Part shown: in pieces, positions 1 through 8,220 of the stretch
Position numbering within the stretch: the first letter of the stretch is position 1
Layout of the letters: the number at the start of each line of letters is the position of its first letter
From: Flavobacteriales bacterium
GTDB taxonomy: Bacteria > Bacteroidota > Bacteroidia > Flavobacteriales_F > PHOS-HE28
Assembly: GCA_039933875.1 (NCBI GenBank)
Contig: JBDTNF010000211.1
Location: 1 to 59,536, forward strand
Direction: 5' to 3'
DNA: 59,536 nucleotides
Notes under the pieces: generated by a model
Told to the model about the DNA's origin: nothing
Seen by the model: only the letters and a program-made list of their open reading frames with translations
The model's database searches: none
Position numbers and translations under genes: made by a program

Positions 1-2
1 TC

Positions 3-791
3 AAAAACGCCACGAAGAATTGGGGCGCGTACAACGTGTTCAGCCCGGACTGGTTCCGCGAGCGCTATGGTAACCGGCGCACGGTGGTGAACGGGACCGA
101 GTACACTATGAATGAGATCATGGACTTGGTGGAAGGCAAGGACACCACCCGTCCGGTGCCATACCCATGTAAGTATCATCTGCCGTCGCAACTACCCGAA
201 TTGGTTTCAATGGTATCACCGTTGAATTTGGGGTTCGCAACGCCGAACTGGTTGGAGAGCAATTGGTTCAAGCGCGGCTATTGGGGGAGCGCGTTGGAAA
301 TGTTCGTTGGCGGCCCAGGAGGCAAGTTCCCCTATGTGCATATGGACTACTATCACCTGAGCGCATGGATCAACCAGCTTTACGGGAACAAGCAATTCAC
401 CGTATGGCCGCGCGGCCAGGACCATTTGCTTTATCCAGAGCCGAACGACCCGTGGAAGAGTTCCATCCCCGACATCGAGAACGTTGATTTTGACAAGTAC
501 CCACTCTACAAACAAGCCACCCCGATCACGTTCGTGGTCGGTCCTGGCGAAACACTCTTCATCCCTTTCGGGATCTGGCATACGGCCAAGAGTTTGGAGC
601 CGACGATCTCCGTGGCGTTCGATCTTTTGAACGACCACAATTTCCCGCTGTTCCTGAAGGATGTTTGGGGGTTCAAGAAGCGCGACGGGGCGCTCAAAGC
701 GGTGGCGGCAACGACTTATGCGGCGCTAGGCGGCACGATCTGTCGCCTGGGAGATGCGATGGGGGTCCAGCGCGGTTCTGGTCATAATTGA
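3..791 (+). CDS. JmjC/cupin-like Fe(II)/2-oxoglutarate oxygenase (5'-truncated by window edge)
   Basis: Frame open from position 3 (KNATKNWGAYNVFSPDWF). HxD motif (HMD), G.K.F..W, and PGETLFIPFGIWHT with the distal His. Confidence 0.85.
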   Translation, partial: KNATKNWGAYNVFSPDWFRERYGNRRTVVNGTEYTMNEIMDLVEGKDTTRPVPYPCKYHLPSQLPELVSMVSPLNLGFATPNWLESNWFKRGYWGSALEMFVGGPGGKFPYVHMDYYHLSAWINQLYGNKQFTVWPRGQDHLLYPEPNDPWKSSIPDIENVDFDKYPLYKQATPITFVVGPGETLFIPFGIWHTAKSLEPTISVAFDLLNDHNFPLFLKDVWGFKKRDGALKAVAATTYAALGGTICRLGDAMGVQRGSGHN

Positions 792-805
792 TCCGCCCCC
801 GACGA

Positions 806-1225
806 TCACTTCAGGCGGGCAAGGTACTTGTCCTCGAGCTTGCGCATCGCTTCGCGCATCACCTTTGACTTGTCGCGATGGCCGAGCAGATGCAGCAGGC
901 CATGCACCATTACGCGACGCAATTCGTGCTGGGCGGTAACGCCATATGTGGCCGCGTTCTCCTTGATGCGGTCGTAGCTGATCAGCACATCGCCACTCAC
1001 ACCCGTGCCGGTTTGCCCGTCGAAGGTGATCACATCCGTATACTCATCGTGGCCCAGGTATCGGCTGTTGAAGTCCAGCAGAGCCTCATCGCTGAGAAGC
1101 ACATAACTCAACTCGTTGAGACTGTGGCCATGATCACGTGCCACGCCGATAAGCCATCGTCGCAGCATCGCACGCTCGCGGAAGGCGTTGGGAACCCCCT
1201 CGGCCTTGAACGCGATGCCCGCCAT
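806..1225 (-). CDS. ybeY: rRNA maturation endoribonuclease YbeY
   Basis: TDVITF and HGLLHLLGH zinc-binding motif; 139 aa. Confidence 0.95.
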   Translation of the reverse strand: MAGIAFKAEGVPNAFRERAMLRRWLIGVARDHGHSLNELSYVLLSDEALLDFNSRYLGHDEYTDVITFDGQTGTGVSGDVLISYDRIKENAATYGVTAQHELRRVMVHGLLHLLGHRDKSKVMREAMRKLEDKYLARLK

Positions 1226-1233
1226 GTGATGGG

Positions 1234-1671
1234 TTACTCCTTGACCGGTTGAAGGCCGAACGCCATCGCGACAGTGGCGCCGTTGTCAGAGAACTCCACG
1301 CTGTCCGCCAAGGCCCGCATCAAGAAAACACCCCGTCCGTGGGGCTTTTCGATGTTCTGGGGGTCGGTGGGGTCGGGGAGGTGGTCGTGGTCGAAGCCGG
1401 GGCCTTGGTCTTGCACAACGAACAGGATCCGGTCATCCTTCACTTCGTAGCTGAGCGACACCGTTTTGCTCGGGTCGAGCCCGTTGCCATGATGGATCGC
1501 ATTGTTCACCGCCTCGGTGAGGGCGATAAGGATATTGCCATAGTGGCTCTCGTGCACGCGGTGTCTTGTGCAAGCCTCATCGATCAGCTTCTCAGCAAGC
1601 GCGATGTTCTCGGCTTTGGCGGGGAAGTCGATGCGTTGAGTGAATTCCAACTCTTCGGTCAATGCTCCCAT
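1234..1671 (-). CDS. RsbW-like anti-sigma factor / Ser-Thr kinase (HATPase_c_2)
   Basis: EAVNNAIHHG (N box), DQGPGFD (G1), HGRGVFLM (G2); 145 aa. Confidence 0.9.
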   Translation of the reverse strand: MGALTEELEFTQRIDFPAKAENIALAEKLIDEACTRHRVHESHYGNILIALTEAVNNAIHHGNGLDPSKTVSLSYEVKDDRILFVVQDQGPGFDHDHLPDPTDPQNIEKPHGRGVFLMRALADSVEFSDNGATVAMAFGLQPVKE

Positions 1672-1679
1672 GGGGCTTT

Positions 1680-4600
1680 TCAGGGTCGGTCAAATGTACC
1701 GAAATACGCATTGACCCGATCGCGGTAATAGGGCTTGAGGCCGGGCGGCACCGTACGCAGCAGTTCCGCCTCGCGCGCCTTGCTCCGCTGGTATTCGAAG
1801 TAGCGGGCAGGGTCGGCGGCGGGCGTCTGCTGGCCTTCGTTGCTGGTGCGCTTCTGGTCCAATTCGCGCTCGCGCTCGGCCTTCTCATGTTCCAGGAGCC
1901 GTGTAACGATATCCTGCTGGCGGCGCAGCGTCTCCGGGGTGATCCGCTTGTTCACGATATCACGCTCCTGCTGTTCCATCTCCTCGGCCAGTTTGTTCAG
2001 GCCGTTCCCCGCGCCGCTACCGTCCTTGTTCAGTTCTTGGGCCAACCGCTGCATCTCCTTGCGGATGGCCGCCTGCTGCGCGGCCAATTGGGCCATCTGT
2101 TGGCTCATGCCAGGCTGCCCCATGCCGCCGGGGTTTTGTTGACCCGGCTTCTCTCCCTTTTTCTTCCCATCCTCCATGGCCTTGCGCATCGCCTCGAGCT
2201 GCTTCTGAAGAGCCTCCTGTTGGGCCTTCATCTTGGCCATGCTTGGTTTTTTGCCCTGGCCACTGCCCGCCCCCCCGGGTTTGTTGCAGCTACCGTTGCC
2301 GGGCTTGCTCTTCGCGTTCATCTGCTGCATCATCTGTTGCAGAGCCTCATCCAGCAGCAGGGCGAGGTTGTTCAATGAGGTCATGGCGTGTTGCTGCTTG
2401 TCCGTGGCCATCGGCTTGAACCGCTCATTGGCACGTGCCTCGCCGAGGTGCTGTGTGGCCTCATCCATGTTCGCGTTCACGGCGTTCATCTCCCGGTTCA
2501 CGATGCTCTCCAGCTGGGGCACCCGTTTGCTCAAGGCGAAAAGGGAGTCCTCGATCACTTTGGCATCGTCGCGTAGTTTCCGTTGGGTACGTCCGTGTTC
2601 CACGAAACGCGGGTCGCGCACATTGGTCGTGCCCAGGTCCTCCATCAACGCTTCCTGGTCGAAGCTCAACTGGACGATGTTCTCCAGCAACTGGCGTAAG
2701 GCATCCATGTCCTCTTCCTGCTGTTCTTCGGCACCACTTTGCATGGCGCTCTTCATCTGGAACGCAAGCTGCTCCAGTTGCTCAGCGGCCTTCTTCTGCG
2801 ACCCACTGGCTTTCTGGTTCTGCTTCTTCTCCAGTTGCTCGCTGCTTTCCTTCTGTTCGTCCTGGATGCCCTGCTCCTGTTGCTCGGTGTCGGGCAGGGG
2901 CATGGGTTGTTCCAGGGCTTCGTTCTTTTCGGCGAGCTCGTCCATTTCCTTGCGCAACTCCTCGAACTCCTTGTTCAACGCCTCCTGCTTTTTCTCCAGA
3001 TCCTCGCCCGGGGTCTTGCCCTCCTTGCTCTCCTCGCTCAGCTTCTCCTGCCGCTCAGCAAGTTCTTCAAGTCGCTTGGCAAGGTCCTCCGCCTTCTGTT
3101 CAACCTCCATTCGCTTGAACATCTCGAGCGCGCGGTCCAGTTCCTTTTCAACATCCTCCTGGCCCAGCTTCATATCCTGCAACTGCTCCTGGATCTGCTC
3201 TTTGTCGAGTTTCTCCATCAACTCCTGCACCTGGCGGTAGAGCTGCTTCATCTCCTCGCTCAGCACGTTCTCGAAAAGATCCTGCACCTGCTTCTGCTTT
3301 TCCAACAGCCGCTCATCCTGTGGCCTGAATTCCTGCTGTTGCTGCTGGCTCTGGTGCAGTGGTTCACTGCTTTGCTCAATGCGCTGCTGGAGCTGTTGTT
3401 GGCGCTGCATCACGTTCTCCAACTTCTGCTTGTCCTGCCAGGTCATCTCCTTCTTCTCCATCAATTCGCGGCGCAACTTGTCCAGTTCGTGCTGCAGGTC
3501 CTGAGCCTCACGGATATTCTCCTTCAGGCCGCTTTGGATGGCTTCGCTCTGCTGGTCCTGTTGCTTGGCGAGTTCGGTCAATGTGGGAGCGGCGAAAACC
3601 TGCGGCGCGCTCCGCGCGCTCTTACTGCCAAGAACCCCATCGTTGTCCCATACCTCGAACCAATGTTCGATACGATCGCCCGGCACAATGGTCAGGCCGT
3701 ACAGGTCCCAACTGTGGAAGAACTCTTGGTTTGTGTTGCGAGGATCGATCGATAGTTCCCGGGTCCCGCTGCGTTGTTCCGGCGCTACGCTGTCGCCACC
3801 GGCGATAAAGCGATAGTGGAAGAGCAGCCGCTTGAAGCCGTGATCATCGCCGATCTCACCGCGGTAGAAGATCCGCTTCAACGCGGTGCTGTCGGTTTTC
3901 ATCTCCACCTGGATGGTGGGGTAGAGGTCTGGGACCACTTCCACCCGATAACGCAGGGCATCTTCCGCACTGCGCCCGTTGAACGCCGGGGACATGCGGT
4001 ATGTGCGACTCTGAAGGAATCGGCGCTCGGCATGGAACGAGGAGGCACTCAGGTCGGAAGCCAGAGGTGCGAGCGTGTACGTGGTATCGTCGAACGCGAG
4101 GTCGAGCCTGTCAGCGCTGCGTGCGTTCACGGTCCATGTCACGCGTGTGCCGACAGGGATCGAGAGGTCGCCGCTGTTGCTGACGGTTTCCTTGGGCATG
4201 CCGAGATACGCGGGGTAATCCAAGTTCATGCTGAAGTCGACCAACAGGGGGTTGGGCACCGTACGCAGCAGGTACGTTTTGGAGTTGAACCCTTCCGACA
4301 CGAACCGGAACTCCACCGGTGCCTGAACGTTGCGGAAGCGATGCATGAAGCGTACGGCGTTCTGCTTCACCAACGGGATGCGCTGTCCATCGATGTCCAG
4401 GTCCACCTGTTGCGGGATGGCATCGCCCTCCAACTGAACGATCAATTCGAAGTCCTGCTGTTCGGGGACCTCAAGGGTATCGCTCACCAGAACGAATTGG
4501 AAGGGGGCCTCCGGCGTGAACTCGCTACCGTGGCTGATGAGGCGTTGCGCAGGGCCGGTGAGCAAGCTGGGGGCTGCGACCAGCAGGATCAGGAGCAGCA

Positions 4601-5093
4601 GGAGGGGAGGAAGCGCGTAACGCAGGTACCGTGTGTTGCGCCGCAGATCGATGGCGTTGGCGAAGGGCACCGGTCCCAGTTCACGGCTGCGCTGGGCGAT
4701 GGCCGCTTCGACCAGGTCGCGTTGCGGTGCATTGGTCACCATGTCCCGTAGCTGCAAGGTGTTCAGCAGTTTGTCACGCACCTCGGTGAAATGCACCCCC
4801 ACGATACGGGCCGCTTCTTCATGGGAGATCACGGAGCCCAGCCGGAACAATTTCACCATGGGGATCACGATGAAGCGCACCAGCACAAAGGCGGTGGATG
4901 CGATGACACCCCAGAACAAGGCCGTACGTGCTGCTGTGCCGAAATGCCCGAAGCTCTCCAACAAGGCCGCGCACAGGAAAAACGCCACTAGCAGCCCTAC
5001 ACTGTAAAGCACGCCGCGTATCAGCCGGTCCTTGTAGTATTTCCGGATGAAGCCATCGAGCTTGGCGATCAGGTGCTCGTAGTCGGTGCGCAT
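1680..5093 (-). CDS. DUF4175-like membrane protein with long Q/E/K-rich coiled coil
   Basis: N-terminal TM helices, beta-rich middle (DDHGF, WFEVWDNDG), long heptad-rich C-terminus ending LKPYYRDRVNAYF. Start set at MRTDYE (ATG 5093). Confidence 0.75.
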   Translation of the reverse strand: MRTDYEHLIAKLDGFIRKYYKDRLIRGVLYSVGLLVAFFLCAALLESFGHFGTAARTALFWGVIASTAFVLVRFIVIPMVKLFRLGSVISHEEAARIVGVHFTEVRDKLLNTLQLRDMVTNAPQRDLVEAAIAQRSRELGPVPFANAIDLRRNTRYLRYALPPLLLLLILLVAAPSLLTGPAQRLISHGSEFTPEAPFQFVLVSDTLEVPEQQDFELIVQLEGDAIPQQVDLDIDGQRIPLVKQNAVRFMHRFRNVQAPVEFRFVSEGFNSKTYLLRTVPNPLLVDFSMNLDYPAYLGMPKETVSNSGDLSIPVGTRVTWTVNARSADRLDLAFDDTTYTLAPLASDLSASSFHAERRFLQSRTYRMSPAFNGRSAEDALRYRVEVVPDLYPTIQVEMKTDSTALKRIFYRGEIGDDHGFKRLLFHYRFIAGGDSVAPEQRSGTRELSIDPRNTNQEFFHSWDLYGLTIVPGDRIEHWFEVWDNDGVLGSKSARSAPQVFAAPTLTELAKQQDQQSEAIQSGLKENIREAQDLQHELDKLRRELMEKKEMTWQDKQKLENVMQRQQQLQQRIEQSSEPLHQSQQQQQEFRPQDERLLEKQKQVQDLFENVLSEEMKQLYRQVQELMEKLDKEQIQEQLQDMKLGQEDVEKELDRALEMFKRMEVEQKAEDLAKRLEELAERQEKLSEESKEGKTPGEDLEKKQEALNKEFEELRKEMDELAEKNEALEQPMPLPDTEQQEQGIQDEQKESSEQLEKKQNQKASGSQKKAAEQLEQLAFQMKSAMQSGAEEQQEEDMDALRQLLENIVQLSFDQEALMEDLGTTNVRDPRFVEHGRTQRKLRDDAKVIEDSLFALSKRVPQLESIVNREMNAVNANMDEATQHLGEARANERFKPMATDKQQHAMTSLNNLALLLDEALQQMMQQMNAKSKPGNGSCNKPGGAGSGQGKKPSMAKMKAQQEALQKQLEAMRKAMEDGKKKGEKPGQQNPGGMGQPGMSQQMAQLAAQQAAIRKEMQRLAQELNKDGSGAGNGLNKLAEEMEQQERDIVNKRITPETLRRQQDIVTRLLEHEKAERERELDQKRTSNEGQQTPAADPARYFEYQRSKAREAELLRTVPPGLKPYYRDRVNAYFGTFDRP
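1691..1698 (-). promoter_or_regulatory. Bacteroidota sigma-A -7 element (TACATTTG) upstream of the RsbW-like/ybeY genes
   Basis: Exact TAnnTTTG match ~20 nt upstream of the ATG at 1671, inside the 3' end of the upstream gene. Confidence 0.55.
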
Positions 5094-5135
5094 ATGTGAA
5101 TGTTCCAACGGTCCTGCCATTGGACTATTGCCGTC

Positions 5136-5143
5136 CAAAGCTA
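5136..5143 (-). promoter_or_regulatory. Bacteroidota -7 element (TAGCTTTG)
   Basis: Exact TAnnTTTG match 43 nt upstream of the ATG at 5093. Confidence 0.6.
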
Positions 5144-5207
5144 CGGTGCTCCGACCGCTGGTGCTTGGTTCTACACGCCAGGGTGGCGGAAGGTTCGATC
5201 CGCGCGC

Positions 5208-6977
5208 TCAATGGATCACCAGGCGCAACGTCCGCGCATGGTCACCATCCAGGAGCTGTAGTACATAGGATCCCTGAGCAAGGGCCACCTCCATGTCCGC
5301 GCGCAGGGCCCCTTGCGAGGTGGACTCGGCGCGTTGCATCAGGATGCGCCCTGTCATATCCGTGATCCGCAAATACACCAGAGGACCACGAAGTCCCTCT
5401 GCGACCACTGTGAACGCCCCTTCGTTGGGAACAGGGAACAGAGCGAAGCGTGACCCACTGTTGCCGGGGTCGGCGCTCCCCGTGGTGATCAACAAATAGT
5501 CCTCTTCGATTACGCAGCCATTGCCAGCATCCACGATCACAACATACAAGCCATCGCCCTCGGTGAAGATGAACGCATCGTCCCCCCCGATCGGAATACC
5601 GTCATGCGTCCAGGCGTAGGCGGGGTATCCACTGGGAACGAAGAGCACATCGTCACTGCGCACGATATCGAATGTTGGACAGACCACGACGGTGTCACTG
5701 ATCATCGCGCAGCCGAAGCCGTTCGTACCGACCACCTGCCAGAGTCCGGGCCCGGTGGGTGTATAACATGGGCTGGTGGCCATGGGAACCGTATCCCCAT
5801 CGAGCAACCACAGATAGCTCACAAGAGAATCGTTCAGTGCGCATAGTTCACCGGTCATCGTGTCTTCAAGAAGGACCAGCTCCGGTAGTGGGAAGACCAC
5901 GATGGTATCCGTATCCGCGAAGAGCTGGAGCGGTTCGATGCTGATGTCCAGGCTGCCGGTCGTACCGCCCGCAACGTTCACGAAGAGGGTGCCTGAACTG
6001 TTCGATGGGATGTTGTAGGTGCCCAATAGATCGTTCTGGCTCACCGCATCCTCGTCGTAGAAGGAGATGGAATAAGGACCATTGTCCATCAGTATGCCGA
6101 GGTCGGCCCATGATGCCGTGGACGAATTATCCACGCTTCCCGAGGTGATCGTGCCTCCACCGGCGTCGGTAAGTACGAAGTAAGGGTCCGGTGATCCGGT
6201 GCATCCCACAAAGGGGATATCGGGTTCTTCGACATCGCCGCACCAATTATCGTTCACCCCCGTGAGCACCACGCTGTTGAGCAGGTATCCACCAACGGTG
6301 GTTTGCAAGGTGATGACATAGGTGCCTGTCTGCTCGTAGGTCTGCGCGGGTGGCTGTGCGAGGTCGCTCGTCGTGCCGTTGCCGAAGTCCCAAGCGTAGG
6401 TCATCGGCGAGGGTGACGCGTCGATCAGTGCTTGAAAGCTGGCGCTCACTGGGCTGCAACCGGAAGTGGGCGAGTAGGAGAAGCTGAGATTCCCGCCGGA
6501 GCCCGGCAGCACGGTGAGCACGATGGGGAATTGTTGGGGTGAATTGATCGTGATCCCACTGTACATCACGGTTGCCAGAATGCTGATCGTGACCGTATAC
6601 ACACCGGCACCGATGGGTGTGCCGCACACACGAGCGCAACCGAATTGGTTCTCTTGCGGGTAGTAAACACCGCCCGGCGCACTCGCTTCGAACGCCAGCC
6701 CAAAGGGAAGTCCGGAGATCCCCGTGATCGTCATCTGCTGGAAGTCGACCGTGAAACCCGAACCGGGATCCGTGAACGAGGTGGGCATCCAGAAGGTGAA
6801 GTCCGCTGCGTAGGGTTCGCCAGCGGTCGCATCCGGAGGGGTCACGGGGCAGAGTGTGGGATATGCCGGGGACACGATGCAGGCGAGGTCGGGGGCACAC
6901 CCTGGACATTGCGCCAGCACCTCGTGAACGGGCACGGCAAGGACCAACGCAACGAGCGCGTAACGGGTACGAAGCAT
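5208..6977 (-). CDS. T9SS type A cargo protein: Cys-rich N-terminus, PKD domain with C2-like insert, Ig-like domains
   Basis: Signal peptide MLRTRYALVALVLAVPVHEVLA/Q; YAWDFGNG PKD motif; C-terminal LFPVPNEG...ITDMTGR...GSYVLQL type A CTD. Confidence 0.85.
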   Translation of the reverse strand: MLRTRYALVALVLAVPVHEVLAQCPGCAPDLACIVSPAYPTLCPVTPPDATAGEPYAADFTFWMPTSFTDPGSGFTVDFQQMTITGISGLPFGLAFEASAPGGVYYPQENQFGCARVCGTPIGAGVYTVTISILATVMYSGITINSPQQFPIVLTVLPGSGGNLSFSYSPTSGCSPVSASFQALIDASPSPMTYAWDFGNGTTSDLAQPPAQTYEQTGTYVITLQTTVGGYLLNSVVLTGVNDNWCGDVEEPDIPFVGCTGSPDPYFVLTDAGGGTITSGSVDNSSTASWADLGILMDNGPYSISFYDEDAVSQNDLLGTYNIPSNSSGTLFVNVAGGTTGSLDISIEPLQLFADTDTIVVFPLPELVLLEDTMTGELCALNDSLVSYLWLLDGDTVPMATSPCYTPTGPGLWQVVGTNGFGCAMISDTVVVCPTFDIVRSDDVLFVPSGYPAYAWTHDGIPIGGDDAFIFTEGDGLYVVIVDAGNGCVIEEDYLLITTGSADPGNSGSRFALFPVPNEGAFTVVAEGLRGPLVYLRITDMTGRILMQRAESTSQGALRADMEVALAQGSYVLQLLDGDHARTLRLVIH

Positions 6978-6981
6978 GGGG

Positions 6982-8220
6982 TCAGTTCGGTTGGTGTTGA
7001 TCGCTGCGTAGCATCCGGAAGGCCATCGCACCGATGCCGATGATCAGGATGATGATCCCAGCCCAGACCCACCAGCGCGATGGGTCGAACACGGTCGCGG
7101 CGTTCGCCGGGACGGGCCGCATCTCCAAAGGACCCGGGACCAGTTTCCCCAGCGCTCCTGGCAATTTGTCCCGGAAATATTCCATGTCATAGCGCGGTGC
7201 GCTTTTCTGCGGGTCACCCGTGATCAGTGTGTACCGCATTCCAGGCTGCAACATCGCCGCCACCGTTCGCTCCAGCTGCAGGAACCGCACGTCGGTGAAG
7301 TGCAGCGGCCGATCATCCCCATTGTCGAACATCAGGTCGAAGGTGATCGCACGCACAGCGGGCAGGTCAATGGTCAGGCCATCGTCACTGCCGATCGAGA
7401 AAGAGGCCAGTGTTTCGGCGCTGCGCGAGGTATGCTTCTTTTTTCCGCGGCCGCTGGTGGTGGTTCTCCATGCGATCAGATCGCAGGTACGATGATAAGC
7501 TTGTGTATCGCTCACGGCGAACTCGATCCTGTCGATGGGGTGGGGGAATGCGGTCGGGATGTGTATCCGCGTCATGCCCGCACTGTCTTGTTGCGTCCAT
7601 CGCACAGCCAGCGCGGCTGTGTAATCCCCATAGCTCCGTGCCTGGCTGAACCACTGCGCACCGAGCACACGAACGGGTGCTGTCGCCGAATCGTTCAAGG
7701 CGATGCGATAGTGGCGGTAGTCGGTGGGAGGGAGCGTGATCTCCTGTGTAAGGTTCGCCAACTGGATCCCGCGCACGAGTTGCAGGCGGTCGTTCTTGAT
7801 CACATACCAGTTTTTGCCATCATCGCTCCCGGTGATCTCCACGGGTTTCGCCACCTCGGCGTTCCGCAGACGCAACGAGATGTGGTCGACAAGTATCCCC
7901 GCGTCGGGGCGGTCGAGTTCGAGCAGGGTCCGCTTTCCCACCACTTCGTTCCGCGTCATCACGAAGTCGTGGAACTCACCCTTGGTTTTGTACCGCATCG
8001 CGGCGTCCAGCAGGTAAGGCACCTCCTGGCCGGTGCTGTCGACAAGGCGCACATCATCGAGTGCCACCTGGGAACTTCCAACGAATTCCGGGCTCAGCAC
8101 GATGCGGTAAAATCCGGCCTTATCCACAAGAGGGACCGCCGACTCCCATCGGTACGTCTGCGCCGTGAGCAACTGTGCTGCGCAGGCACACAAGAGAAAA
8201 ACCTCAATTCTGCGGCGCAT
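6982..8220 (-). CDS. DUF3999-like exported protein with C-terminal TM anchor
   Basis: Signal peptide, DVRLVDSTGQEVPY, DNGDDRPL, APRYD and a C-terminal TM helix; directly downstream of the DUF2339 gene. Start at MRRRIEV. Confidence 0.6.
   Translation of the reverse strand: MRRRIEVFLLCACAAQLLTAQTYRWESAVPLVDKAGFYRIVLSPEFVGSSQVALDDVRLVDSTGQEVPYLLDAAMRYKTKGEFHDFVMTRNEVVGKRTLLELDRPDAGILVDHISLRLRNAEVAKPVEITGSDDGKNWYVIKNDRLQLVRGIQLANLTQEITLPPTDYRHYRIALNDSATAPVRVLGAQWFSQARSYGDYTAALAVRWTQQDSAGMTRIHIPTAFPHPIDRIEFAVSDTQAYHRTCDLIAWRTTTSGRGKKKHTSRSAETLASFSIGSDDGLTIDLPAVRAITFDLMFDNGDDRPLHFTDVRFLQLERTVAAMLQPGMRYTLITGDPQKSAPRYDMEYFRDKLPGALGKLVPGPLEMRPVPANAATVFDPSRWWVWAGIIILIIGIGAMAFRMLRSDQHQPN

Noticed and set aside
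1662-4751. Long antisense and alternate-frame ORFs over the DUF4175-like gene, and similar ones over porZ, ptrB, the TPR gene and the adhesin (for example 54882-56672)
   Set aside because: Shadow ORFs expected from GC-rich codon bias; no recognisable motifs, and they overlap well-supported genes.
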